From: Chrysomallon squamiferum
Taxonomy: Eukaryota > Animalia > Mollusca
Length of the DNA stretch: 64,000 nt
Assembly (NCBI GenBank): GCA_012295275.1
Contig: CM022678.1
Location: forward strand, 13,702,001 to 13,766,000
Direction of reading: 5' to 3'
The notes below the pieces were generated by a model. The model was not told the origin of the DNA and ran no database searches. It saw only the letters and a program-made list of their open reading frames with translations. A program made the translations under genes and the position numbers. Positions 1-14,000 of this stretch are shown here, piece after piece (position 1 is the first letter of the stretch; each line of letters begins with the position of its first letter).

Positions 1-969
1 TGGACCTAATAAAAGTATGGTAACACTGAGCAGTTACCTACTCTTGAGATAAAAACCTTCCCCAGACATTTACAGATATATTGGAAGACTATTACAATTG
101 TTAACTATTCAGTAATTTGTCCCTGGAGACAAGTTTCTCGATAATATGCGAGACAAGAGTTATTCCCCTTGGATAATTAGATATGCCAAGATGGCCACTA
201 GGATATATAGACTTTCATTTCAGTAATGTAACATGACATGGCCAAAGCATAATAGATCACAAAACTGGTTTTCATAGGCTGACTCACTAGGTAAAAATAT
301 TTGAATATAGACATTATTTAGTTTATGTGTGTGTGTGTGTGCAAATGTGTACTCACAAAATACTTCATTGATTGGACAGAAAAATATTGGACAGATAAAT
401 ATATAACAAAGAGAAACAAGATAATCTTGCATCTGAGTTTAATTATCTGCATGTATGGAAATATGTACAAACGGACAGATGTATGAGTCTGTGTGTGTGA
501 ATCAGATTATATGATATTAATTATTTATATAACACATAGTATGTGTGTATTAAAAATTATGTTCTAGCATGAATATCCATGAAGAACCCAGAATATTTGA
601 CACATTAAAGTAATGACATCATTAATATGACAAGATTCCAGGCTGACATATACTTCTTGCGAAACTGACTCCCTCTGGGGATTATTTCAAATATCATCCA
701 TATTTTCTCAATTTTACATTCATCTAAATAAATAATAAATACTTCATTATATACATGGGTATAAATAAGTCTGAGAAACAGAGCTGGACAATACACTTCT
801 GATAGATCTAGAGTACCTGCACGAAGAAGTAAATACTCTGTTAAGTCTGAAGTACAGAAAATATATTGAAGTTTTAAAGTACAGTGAGGTATACTGATAT
901 CAAACATGTGGTAATTAAAAGGACACTGATAGATACTGCCATTTTAAAACACACCTGCTTTTGCAAATA

Positions 970-1643
970 CAGTGGTACCTTGACTTATGAATTTAATTTG
1001 TTCCCTGCCCAAGCTCGTAATTCAAATTTACTTGTATATCGAATCAGTTTTCCCAAATGAAATTAATTGAAATACCATTATTAGTTTGTTACAGGCCCCA
1101 AAAACCACCACAATTTTTGGAATGTTTTTAAAATAAGAAAAATATATATAAATGACAAATTTTATATAAAAACAAAATAAAAGAGAATGTAAACAAATAA
1201 ATTGGTTTTGTAAAGTGAACAGGGTTAGGGTTTCTCCATCTTTTCATGGACAGAGGTCTGCAGTTAGAAATTATTTTGATGCATTTGGCTGGAGTTACAG
1301 TCTTTATCAACTCCTTCTGCTTCAGGATGGTACACATCGTAAAAGTACTATGCTCGTACTGCCAAGCCATGTTGATTACACACACACCTTGCCAATGTTT
1401 TTTTATAATTTCATGCATTATTTCAATGGACATCATCTGCTTCTACTTCACTTTCTTAAAATACTGCACAAAATGCAAGCATAAACGTGAAGCAAATGAG
1501 TGAACCATGGGATGCTGGGCAGATGTTGTGTTGTTGGTTGTGCCAAATAGCTCATAATTTGGATTTTGTCTCGTAGCTCAAAGCAAAAAATCGAATGGGT
1601 GGCTGCTCATAGCTTGGGAAACTCATAACTCAAAGTACCACTG
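970..1643 (-). mobile_element. Tigger/pogo-family non-autonomous DNA transposon (internally deleted), in RIM intron 2
   Basis: Left TIR CAGTGGTACCTTGACTTATGA (970-990). The right end (1623-1643) reverse-complements to CAGTGGTACTTTGAGTTATGA, 19/21 identical. TA flanks both ends (968-969, 1644-1645). Minus-strand ORF 1128-1436 encodes a CENP-B/Tigger-type N-terminal HTH (MMSIEIMHEIIKKH...STFTMCTILKQKELIK) and then decays. Confidence 0.9.
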
Positions 1644-4600
1644 TATTGGTCTAAACTGATTTCAAGGGCAGCCATTACAAAATATAGCTAAAAGCGTAAT
1701 GAAAACAAAAATCTAAAATGGCAGTACTGTAGAAATCTTCCTGTTTTCATAGTGTAGGATTCAACTGAAAATATTTTTGTGCATTCCAGACAATTACAAA
1801 TAAACTATAAACTGAAAAATAAAAAGCAACATAGATCATACCCTACCATTATTTATAAAGTTTGGTAAACCTGCTGAATAATGTAGAAATGTGGTATAAA
1901 TACAGTTTCAACCTTTTATTTTGACAAATAATAAACTGCAGTAGATATTAAAAAAAATTAAAAAAATAAACCAAAAACACAGCTTTGTACTTTGTGCAAG
2001 ATACATTCCTTCAACAGTTAAAAGTTATTGGTAATCATACTGACAGAAATATCCCTCCTCTTTGAATGGTAGACATACAGATTTCAGTTGGATTAGTGTA
2101 AAGTTTAAGTCAACCAAAATACAACAATTATCTCTCCAGTCTGTATTGCAAACTGACCTTGTGTTGATGACAGTGAAAATTCTGATGAATACTGGCTGTT
2201 ATTATATTAAGGATGTTCTAATTTTTTTGTATAATTGGTTTATAAATCTTTTAACATAATTTCAGAATGATATAGTAATCATCTGATTTGATAATGTTGA
2301 TGCCCATTGATAAACTTACTGTCCAGATACTGAACAAATATTTTAGCAATATTTGGGCACCATGTTTGAAAATATTCTTTGCAGCACTGGATGGATTTTT
2401 CAATAACAAAGGATTGTTCAGCATTACATCACTTAGAAAATTGGACAGCATGACTGATGAGTCTAGAATACATCTTAAATCTACTAAAAAGAAACAGTCT
2501 GATTTTGGTGTATAGTATACCTTGGAGTACACTGACAATAGAGACTTTGATAAGTCTAGAGCTCAGTGATGTATGTTGATCAAGTATCACACAAACTCTG
2601 TCACTGGTATGGAATGCTTGCACACTGCACATAAATAATTAAGCACATAAAGAAAAATCACAATTGCTAACTGTAGCATTTCACTTGAAAATGCATTAGA
2701 GCAGGATATATATATATAAAAAAATAATGTTCTCCAAAAATAAGATGCATGAACTGCTTCTGTCTTCATTATGCTAGCAAAATGTATTTCTGGCATTTAG
2801 TTAATTGTTAACTGCTTTTATATCAAAATGCTTTAGAAGAATAGACAAAATAAAATTAAAATAACCTGCCTACAAATAGTAGATTTTAACCATGTTAGCT
2901 GTTTATATCCGTTCTTGAAGATCAGTTAACACAATCTAATTCCAGTTATCAAATCTTCTTAAATGAGCTATTTTTATCTAATGACCTATTGTACCATGTT
3001 ATAGACGGTCAGTATTCTGACTGATGCGTAGCTAGTCCAGAGTACAGAGACAGACACATATGTACACATTTTCACACAGAATGAACTTGTAAGGACATAG
3101 ACAGCCCAGAAGACTGACCCATCATGATTTTGCCCTTACACACTGATGCACCCAGACACTCCCCCATAAACACAGCTCACTTCTGTAGCAAGTAAAACCA
3201 ACACCAGTTTGTGTCATACTGTAAGTAATTAATGATGACCGGTTTATTTCAGTCTGTTCCTAAAATGTGGAATTACTGCTTGGTCTAAAAATATGCATAG
3301 ACAGATGAAAAGGCTTAAGGGAATGAAAATGTATGTAAATTGATTGCTGTGTTATGATTTTCTTATCATGTAAAATATTCACTAGTATGAAAGAAAATTT
3401 TTATTTATTATATATTTTATTATAACCTAGATTAGTGCCAACTAACAATAAATTTTACAAAAAAGTAATATCAAATACATTAATTCTACCTTTTTAAAAT
3501 TTATATAAATGGTTTAACTTTAATCACATGAATAAGAGTTGTTAGAAATAAATTTTACCTAATTAAGACAATTTTACTTAAAACAAAAATCCACAGAAAT
3601 AAGCAAAGGAACTGAAGACAGTAGCTGACACAATATACAAATCTAGATGTGAGAAATAAATTATTATTTAAATGTGAAATTAAATATAAAAATACCATTC
3701 ATGATATCGTATCTGGTTTAACACACAGTTTACATAAAGGGATAATTGTCTGGTTTAACACACTTGATATTTAATACATATGTTGACACAAGCTGAAAAT
3801 TGACTATTCATGTTTTCTTCTTATCTGCCAATAAATGACTGAGGTCTGAAGATTCCTGGAACTATGAAATTTCACAAGTCAAGGTTTGGAATAAATTAGT
3901 ATAAGAGATAATTTAAATTCTTTACAATTGATAATTCATCACAAATTGACATTTATTGTAAGAGTAACTAAAGAAAGCATCTACAACAGCTTTTGCTACC
4001 TTGTCAGCATGTGAGAAAAGCTGATTACTGAAAAGGACTGAACATGTTTCTAATAAATCTTACCTTTAAAAAATTTCACCTTTAATTTAAAAAATTGTAA
4101 TATATATATCTGTGTAAAAGTACAACACACAGCCACATCCCTATAGAAAAACAACAACCAACAAACAAATGTAATATTATATCAGTGAATAATACCTTTT
4201 CTGAATACAAAACTAACCTTATGTATAATGCATGCTTGAAAATGTAAAATCTAATCTAGTATGTTTTCAGCTCATTGTTTCCTCACATCTGTTATTTAAA
4301 GCAAACAAATATATCAGTATTAATCAATACTTAAAACATGTTTAGATTGACTCTTCTGTCCCTGCAGAATCTATCTTCTCATAGTTCCCACTTGCCTTTT
4401 TCCTCAACTATGCACACCTTGTTTATCAAAAGCCATGTTTTATTTCTGATCTATGGGAAGGTATACATAAAAAAGCTGGTTTTCGGTAGTAGCAGTCAGT
4501 GAGTGGCTGTGTGTATGTATGGGTGTGTGTGTGTGTGTGTTCAGTAAAAATGCATGAATATTCTGTTCTAATTGTGGGACTGCATATGAAAGATCTTTTG

Positions 4601-4820
4601 CTGCTAATCATTATGAGTGGCACAAATGGTGCATTCATAATAGTTAAAACATTATCATACAAAACTATTTATTCCAGTAGCTAAGTATATGATTCTATTC
4701 CATTGTGTTCTGCATAATTTGTAACTGGCTTGACTGTCAGGTATAGTGTGTAATAATATAGTTATCTAGTCAAACACAATTCATCATTACAACATAAAAG
4801 AACGTCTTGCTCAGATGGTT

Positions 4821-4826
<6 letters not shown>

Positions 4827-4867
<41 letters not shown>
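4827..4867. repeat. (CA)n microsatellite
   Basis: About 20 perfect AC units. Confidence 0.95.
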
Positions 4868-4871
<4 letters not shown>

Positions 4872-6247
4872 AATGTATGATGTTTCTTAGTAATGTTGAC
4901 ACATTATGCCTCTCCCCATGATGACAATTTACCATTAAGCTGCACTCATTCCTTACTTCTAATGACATCTTAAGGCTTTCTTTTCAAGACTTTTTCTTTC
5001 ATTCTCTCTGAAGCTAAATAATGATTATCAGATTCAACTTGCAGCTTGGATGTACTTTATCTCTGTCAGTTTAATTACAGATCACACAAAGCTAAATTGT
5101 GAAAAAAATTAAATAACCCAATATGCAAGTCATGGTCACAGTGGCAATTGGCAAGATGAAAATATTATCAGTTCATTGAATGTCAGTTAGAAAAGGAAAA
5201 AAGTAATCATTTACATCATACGGCAGAACATCAGATTGTTTTTTTTTGTTTTTTTTTCTAATTGCAATACAGTTTAATAAAATAACAATACTTGATTTGC
5301 AAGTTGCCATTATATATCAAATGTTGTTCTTAAACGCATTATTCATTTATTTATTTCTTTCCTTATTTTTATTGATCTTTCTATGTTTATGTATCACAAG
5401 TATTGTTTCTGTTTTTGTTTAAATGTTGTTCAGTTTTATTATTTACTATTATTGTTATTTTGAATACTTCTGAAAATTTATTTGTCTAGATATACAATAA
5501 TTTCTGCCTATGTTTGTTTTGTTTTTTTCTAACTGCCATTTTTATTGTAATTAATAGAAATATTATTATTTCAGGTTAATTTATTTATATTTTCAGTTTA
5601 CTTTATTTATTAGTTGTGTTATCTTTCATTTATTTCTGTGTTATAAGCAATATCCCAGTATTTCATTCATCTATTTCTGCACTTTTTCTTCATGTTCATT
5701 TTTCTTTTTTCTTTATTTTGCTATATAATGAGAGGAAATAACCAAAAAATCAATATCATATCATACTGCTAAAGATGAATAATGCTTGGAACCATTCTTT
5801 GCTGCTGAATATTATTATAGTGCAGAAACAAAAATATATATATTTTAGTTGTTTTTTTCTGTGCAGAGGAAAATGCATAACACATTCTTTAATAAAGTTG
5901 TGGGGTGGAAAATAGTTCAATAGGTAAAAATAAAATTTCAGATCTTTCCATCTGTATTTGTCAGTACCTTTTCGCAGCATGTAACTACACATATTCCATA
6001 ATAATACGATTATTTTATCACAGGTATGCAACATGACATAAATAATAGATATTTTAATTCAAATAAATCAAACATTACATTCAAAATTATGTTATTTTAT
6101 AATTTAATATCTTAGTATGAAATAGTTTTAAATACTGACATTTCTTAAAATAATGCAATAATCAAAACGAATGCAGTATTACGAAGTTATATTGTAAAGA
6201 ATAAACTGGAACACCATGGAATATGGGGATATATGTTCGTGTGTTAG

Positions 6248-6251
<4 letters not shown>

Positions 6252-6293
<42 letters not shown>
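6252..6293. repeat. (TG)n microsatellite
   Basis: About 21 perfect TG units. Confidence 0.95.
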
Positions 6294-6298
<5 letters not shown>

Positions 6299-9257
6299 AC
6301 AAGTTTGTAATACATATGTCTCTTACACCCATCCATGTAAGGCAGTAAACTATAACAGTATCTGTTGTTTCCGGATAACAGACAGCTTGAAAAGCAGCAG
6401 CTACAGATCAGCTGATTTTTCAGATATGGAGCAGTGAGAACATTTTTATTCTGTAAGTGCTTCAATCAATACCTTGCTTTGTGCTAGGTCAGTCTTTGTT
6501 TATAAATATTGATGGTAAAGGATATGTAATTATCCTAAGTCAACAAAGCTTGAAACAATCATTAAACAAAATACATTATATAAAAATATCTAGTGTTTCC
6601 AGATTCAGATAATAATAATGAATAAGAGAATTATCATTTTGTGACCTGTGCACACATACAGAAATTTATATTTAGACAAATACATATATACATACGCACA
6701 CACCCCTATATGTAACACATAAATTACACCACAACGAAATGAATATATTGAAAATTAAGGAAGTAATAGTATTTTCAAATCCGGTAATAGGTGCTTATTT
6801 TCATCCAATTAAACACTATTTAAGACAATTGAGGTTTGTGATCAAAACCTTTTTCCTAGGTAAAAAACAAACAATGAAAAAAGAAAAAACCCACAAAACA
6901 AATTACGATATGAAAAGGAATGTAAAATCTGGTTGAATGACCTGTAAATATTAAATCAACAAAGAATACAATAGCATCTGCTTGTTTGATTTGTAAACAG
7001 GCAGTTATTTTTATTTTAAAATCCCAGTACATCCAAGAATCAAGAAACATTAATGACAAAAAACACCACTATAATATTATGGACATCTTTTTTTATCATT
7101 CTTATTAAGATATAAATAATTTAAGAAGAATAAGTCCACATAATCCTTCCTCAAATGTAAGTCATTAAGCAGAAGGTTTTTGGTGATCCAATGCAGAATT
7201 GACCATGTTTCAAACAGTCAAGATAAAAATTGTCTTACTTGACATTGCTTGATAGAATTTCAAAGACAATAAGATAAAAAAAGAACTATTTGATATGTCT
7301 ATACATTTTCCTTTCATGTAACATTTTCAACTTAAGTAATCACAGCATGTTGACCATTTGTATTTAAAAAAAAAAAATTCAGCTTAGGTCCAGAAAAACT
7401 CAACCGAATTCAAATATTAAAAAAGAATGCTTATGGATTTTCCATCTATGTTTTTTCATGCTGGAATCCCTGAGAAATAACATAACATAAACCAATGAAT
7501 AGCAAGAAAACTGCCCATCATCAAGTGAGATATGGATGAAGTGGAACAGCCAATTAGTGCAAAATGACCACTGTGCATGGCAATTATCTGCACATACCTA
7601 ATATATTCAGGTAGCTATTTGTTAAGCAAGATACTAGAACACTGAATCTCCAGTATACAAATATTCTAGATAATAATTTTTAATTGATACATCAAGGATG
7701 ACTGATCCAATAAACTAACAAGTTATAAACCTCTACTAAATATGTACTGTAAATATTAGTGATTCAGCATTCTCCTAACAATCTGTTTTAAATACACAGA
7801 AGATATCTAAAGATACTATTTCCTAAACTTCCCTTTGCTAACAACATTTGTAGAATGGGGTTAAGAACAGACTGAGTTGAGCAGCAGACACACAGTAAAA
7901 CTATTAGTAATCTCTACATTATCAAGCCAAGAAAAATACCACTCGTTATTGTGCAGGACAAAAATAATCAATACCAGCTTTCATTGATGAAAGAACATTA
8001 ACGCTCAGCCAAGTAGAAATAAACGTACTTTATTGGGTCAGTATCGCTTCTTATCTGGGAAACAAACAGAGGAATGAGCCACAGAATGAAACAGATTCAT
8101 CCATTGGTGAAATCAATTCTAGTCTATTCTAAAATTTAGAAAACTATTTTATATGGCAACAGTATGGATATTATTATAAATGATAAAAGTGCTATTAGGA
8201 CATCTCCTTTTTTATTACCTTTAGAAACTAATGGAACGTAGAAATAAAACATGAGTATTGATTAATAAAAGCAAATATACTACTGTTATATTAAACAGAT
8301 TATCTGACTGTTCCATAAATTGTTATTATTTAGAAACAGGTGTGTGGACAAATACGCTTCATTTGTTTTGTATGTAAGCTGAGAACACAATATTTATACA
8401 GCACACAGGTGACCAGTTAGTTCATTATGAAGAACAAAACTGTTTAATTTAAAAAAAAAAAAAAATAATTATTATTATAATAACTTTTATTTCCTTTTTA
8501 TTTTTTCTACCTTTTTCCTTTCTTTATTTAGTTTTTTATTTTAGAGATATGGATGATGAAAATGATATAAACAATCTTTTTTATTTGTATGATGACATGA
8601 ATATCATTTAAATTTTTTATATGACTGTTACTGTAGATAATAAAAAGTGAGGGAAACAAGGAAACAGAAATTAAGACACAGAAACTGAGAGAAACAGAAA
8701 TAGAAAGTGATGAAAGATTAAGAATAACTGATAGGAAAGAGAAAATGTGGGGATGAGAATCAATGATACAAACGTTTTAAGATTACAAAATGCATTGATA
8801 ACAAATCTATATTATCATTCTAATTGCTAAAAAATCAGTCAAGTAATTTTGGTTTGTGATACAGAGATTTCTTTTTCTTTCTTATTCTCTTTCTCACTCA
8901 CTGACATTCTCCATCTTTCATTCTTTTGATCTTTCATTCATTCTTTCAAATGTAGCATATTTAGTATATGTATCAAAACTAAGGAAAAGCAGAGGGGATG
9001 GTCTGAATTTTAATGTCTCAAAACTTTTTGGAAGGACAAAGTTAGGAACTAAATGGGGTAATGTTCAAGCAGGTTTATGGAATGACTAAATGAAAATATA
9101 AAACTTCAAAAATTTCAAAACTTATTATTCTTTGTTTTATTATCATTCTTTATTTTTTTAAACATTTATTAGATATGAATAAATGAAAATAGACATGTGT
9201 AGAATTAATAAAGTATTAACATAGACGTATTATAATTATTTGAAACAAAAATCCTAC

Positions 9258-12200
9258 CTTGTTGGCTCGTAAGGCCACCCGACCACCACACCTAGCACAT
9301 GACTTGAGGTTGCAGTAGTGACAACTGTGGCCAACACCGTCTGCAAATTTAGTTTTGTGACATATCTGACAGACAGCACCCTCATCCTGAATATTTGGTA
9401 CTTTCCGTGTTTCTTCAGTAAGTTTTTTAACAGACTGCTGGTAATTTTCAAACTCATCTTGCATTTGTCTGAAATTAATAAATACCATGAGTCATCTTTA
9501 TATTGGCATTATTACTGCAGCTACTAAAACTACTGTTACAACCACCTTTACTGCCATTAATACTACCATTGCTATAATTAATACTAATACTACTATTACT
9601 GCTACTAATAATGATAATTATAAATGTAACAAATTAACAAAAACAATAATTCATTCAAACAACAGTAATTATCATAATAATAAAATATTAATAGTAAATT
9701 TCATAAAATCAAAATTAAAAAAAAAAACAATAATAAAATAAAAAGATTTATATTAACAGTAATATAATCCAAAAAACCATAAAAAAAAACAACAAGGTAA
9801 TAACACTGAAAAAATACACATTTGGTATATTTGTTGAGTGCATTCATGTGCTCTTTATGACCACATTTGTATTTTTTCTTTTGCTTATGAACAACAAATT
9901 TCACATTACTCACACATTCACTGTGAAAGCCAAGATTTATAGTAATTAATTTCTATTAATATTTGAAGTGAATGAATTTGGCACAAACAGCATGATTCCA
10001 TAAAACACTGCTATGTAACAGCTGTCCTAATTAAGTGGACATTGAACCAGGTGTAATAAAATCACTGGAATTCAGCCAGCAGTTAAAATAAGTCTTCTTC
10101 TGAGCAGTCTACCCACTGTCCTGCACCACTTCAAGTGGGACATCAATTTGTACTGTTGTTCCAGCAGATGTAAAAATGAATATTCATTGCTTTCAGATCT
10201 TCAGTTATTTTTCAATTTCAGTTCTTTAATGTTTATATATATATATATATATATATAGTCCATTTAAAAAAGCCACAAAAATAGTTCCCATTACATTATA
10301 ACGATATATCAACCTTTCTAAGCATAGTTTGTATACTTCTTTTATATTTCACCTCTTCGTTAAACATGTTTAATTTAGGTTAAAAATAAATTTCAAAATA
10401 ATTTTTAAAACAGCTTCTTTTTGGAAACATGGAAATGGCCACCCTAGCTAAAATCTGAGGTTCAAAGATGATAATCTGATGTTTATTTTTTGTATATTAT
10501 TAAAAATATAATAAAATAAAATATTTTTACATATCTATTTTCATTTCTGTTTCAAAAAATGTATAAATAATAATTAAAAAGAAACCAATAAATGAAATGA
10601 AATAAATTAAATTAAAATAATGTAAGAATAATAAATAATACATAATTTGCAGTACCAGTCTCACAATTTGTTTCTTAATATTTAGTATTTAAATTAATTA
10701 ATCTATAAATAAAACAAATAAATAAGCAGATTTCTTATTTTTCAAAGATAATATTATTAATTCATGTAGAGCTTATTGTAATTCCAATAATCTACATTAA
10801 TTAAACATTATTTTGATTTTATTTCTCCTGAACTTCAAACCAGTGAATATTCAGGTTTGTCAAATTTTACACTATTTTTTTTCAATATAAATTATAATAA
10901 ATAGCCAGTATAACTAAAGCTGATTGTACAGACCTATTTTATATATATTTATAAATGTTTGCAAAGCATACTAATAATTGTATCACCATTTTTCTTATTT
11001 CAATTTAAAGGATATATTTTTTAATATATTAAATAAACTTTGAATTTTCAAAAGAAAATATGAGAATACAGACACAGTAAAATTCAAAACTAAATAAATA
11101 TAAATACCAAATTATCAACATACTTAAAAACATTTATTCTAGACATAGTCAACCATCTGCTTGTTTTTTTCAGTTTTTCTATTTGTCACCCCTCCTACTT
11201 ATACTTGTGACCTCTGTATGGTACTTGTTTTCACAGTGAACAGATTATGCACAAATTATTCCATTACAGTGTTAATAGTTCTGGCATTTGTTCCCGGTTC
11301 AGTATTGTCTAATTTTTCATGACCCAGGCAATACTAGAATACTCCACATTGACTGCACACAGTCGTGCGGGTGCATATTAGGTGCTATTTAAATTTTGAC
11401 ATTTAAATGTGAATTTAAAAATCTAATTTGATACTTTCATTGACAAATTAAGTCTCATTGTACATGTGATTTATCAAAATAAATATATTTGGAATAATTT
11501 ACTTAAAATATAACATAGTGAGCTGTTGAGTGTATAAGTTTGAAGATTTATTCAATATGCTCCTTAACTGTTTTTATTATTAATTAGTTTATTGACTGAT
11601 TGATTTATTACTTATTATTATTATTATTATGTTAATGACATCTCACATATTCTGAAATTACTTCTAAGCAAATACAACTATTCCATTTCATTATTTATTA
11701 AAATGATAAAAATAAAGGAATTCTTTTTTCTAATTATCTTTTTTAGAAGTATTTTTACAGCCATAAATTTTAAGTTGATAAACCCCACTTCACAAATGGC
11801 AGTATATTTTAAAATCTGCATGTCTAGTTTCAGCAAACAGTATAATCCATTGAAGAATGTTTTTAAATTAAGGACATCATTTAGGTATTTAAAAAATAAA
11901 CACATTCATAATTATCCAGTCTACATGCAAATTATTTAACACACATCACTGGAATTCAGCCAGCATATCTTCTGCATATCTGTAAACTAGTGGTAATAGT
12001 AGTAGTAGTAGGAGTAGTAGTTTTAATAGTCATAATATGTGTGTTTATGTTCTAAGACCTACAACTGCATGTTACTGCTTTTTCTATTAATTACTGTTAT
12101 AACAAAGATTTGTGTCCATTATTTTTATAGTGTCATGTCTTTCTTTTCCTTATTAACACAAACCTGATCTAATATTTTTATCAAAATGTAATTTTAAAGA

Positions 12201-12944
12201 GTAATTATAAGAGCTTTTTAATAAAAAAATAAGTCATTTTGGAAGGGATAGTTTATATGTCTGTAATGCCATGCACTTTCAAAGTTTAAACCATAACAAG
12301 ATCTTTGAGTGATCTATAAATTAACAAAGGACAATTTGAATTTCTGACAAATGGAATGACTAACAGTAATAATTTAAACTCTTACACACAATCAAGTACA
12401 GCAACAGCTTGCAGTTTAAGAAACAATACTTGTAAAGACATTATGTCAAGAGGTTTATATAAAGGAGTATTCAATAGAAAAAGGTGAGAAGAATGGTTAC
12501 TTCTATCACCCGATGGGTCACTGGATCAATTCTACTTTCATGACTTCTGCCCTGTTTCTCATTCCAATGATTTAAAAAAAAAAAAAAAAAAAAAAGTTTT
12601 AAAGAGAAAAAGACAGAGTTAAGAAAATAAAATAAAATAAAATAATGACTGATAATCGTAATGTCACCTATATGGTGGGAAGGACCACTTTAATTTGTTA
12701 AAATCGTGGTAATTGTTCCGTTATTTTATATATTTCGTACAATAAATATCATTATAAAATTACTCTGTGGAATGTTGCAATTTAGTTCAGGTTTTACATT
12801 TTAAGAAATATTACATAAATTTCAAAACTTTGGCATGCTTTATCTCTAAATATAACAGTGTTTTATTTTTATTTATTTATTTTATTATGTCAGTACTCAT
12901 ATTTAACCTCTAAATATAACAAAAGTTGTCTCCCCTCCCAATGT

Positions 12945-12975
<31 letters not shown>

Positions 12976-13655
12976 ATTATTATCTTCCCACAACATATAA
13001 AGAGTTCCTCTTGAAAATGGAATTAACAATCAATTATATTATTAAAACGTTTATTCGAAACTTAAAATACACTTATTCGAAACTATATAGCTTTATATAT
13101 AACTTTTTCTTACGTCAGTATAGAAAAATTGATGTTATTCTTCAAGAAACATATCCACATTTGTTTCTTCCGTATTGAGGTATTATTCATTTATTGTATA
13201 ACAAAGTGTTCATATCCATTCATTATCATGAACTCTCCGATATCACTAACTTTAACAAAGACCTCAGAAACAGCAGTATCAACATTTATTTCTCAGTATT
13301 TGTTTCAATGAAATGTAACTGTTTATCATCAGATTTTGACACATATTAACCTTTATATTATTAAAAATAAACTCGAACATTAGACGGACTAAAAACTGTA
13401 TTAATAAGCAAAACTAACATGTCAATCACTCGCCTATTTATTGAATGCTCCTAAATTCAATATGGCGTCCGACATTTAGGTTGCTGCCCAATTTTGGAAT
13501 TAAAAATAAACTATCTTTTACCGGATAATTTCTTGTTCTTTTTCTTCTTCTTCTTTCTGTCTACGAAGGACATCCTCAATAACCTTCCTTTCTTCTTCGG
13601 TCAGATGACTGAGATCTGGCATTGGAGGCAGGGATGGTCGGCGGGAAGAAGACAT
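9258..13655 (-). CDS. RIMS: RIM / UNC-10 (regulating synaptic membrane exocytosis protein), first two coding exons; partial, continues beyond the left edge
   Basis: Exon 13655-13522 reads MSSSRRPSLPPMPDLSHLTEEERKVIEDVLRRQKEEEEKEQEII, the RIM Rab3-binding helix, and ends at a GT donor in phase 2. Exon 9468-9258 (ttcAG acceptor, GTAGGA donor) continues RQMQDEFENYQQ...AVCQICHKTKFADGVGHSCHYCNLKSCARCGGRVALRANK, the RIM zinc finger. Phases match. I found no further exon in 1-9257. Confidence 0.95.
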
Positions 13656-13839
13656 TTTGTCCCTTTCCTGGTTATTGATCCGCTTGGCTCCGAGTTGCAG
13701 CCAGGCTTGCGGTCGCCTGGCGGGCGAGATCGTTCAATTGTAGCTATTTTCCTTCAATCATTTTCAAAAATCAAAATACCCAAAGCATAAAGCAACGGTA
13801 CCCCATGCCTATTGTTCCTCCCAGTTAACGCTACAGCGG

Positions 13840-14000
13840 ATTTTGGCGCCAACATGCAGCCTCAGACTTACGAGACGTTACGTTCCCATTTCGAGATAGA
13901 ATTCCGTCGGAAATGATCGCATACTTCATTATCTATGTGTTATGCATAATATAAAGGCTAAATTGTAGCCAATCAAATAATTTTATTTTCTGACGTCACC
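13840..14000 (-). promoter_or_regulatory. Putative RIM promoter / 5' region
   Basis: CpG-retaining, GC-elevated segment upstream of the ATG in otherwise CpG-poor DNA. Perfect CRE TGACGTCA at 13991-13998, CCAAT at 13969-13973, E2F-like TTTGGCGC at 13842-13849. The TSS cannot be determined. Confidence 0.5.

Noticed and set aside
605-907. 100-aa minus-strand ORF as RIM exon 3
   Set aside because: Lacks the expected W.C..CRK.QE continuation of the zinc finger and ends in a stop.
2062-2796. Cluster of overlapping short ORFs in RIM intron 2 as a nested gene or extra RIM exon
   Set aside because: No recognisable domain, and I could not build a consistent splice and phase model. It cannot be fully excluded without RNA data.
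9487-9741. Thr/Asn-rich 84-aa ORF
   Set aside because: Translation of degenerate (ACT/AAT)n low-complexity sequence in RIM intron 1, antisense to RIM.
13494-13790. 98-aa + strand ORF
   Set aside because: Antisense shadow of RIM exon 1 and its 5' UTR.
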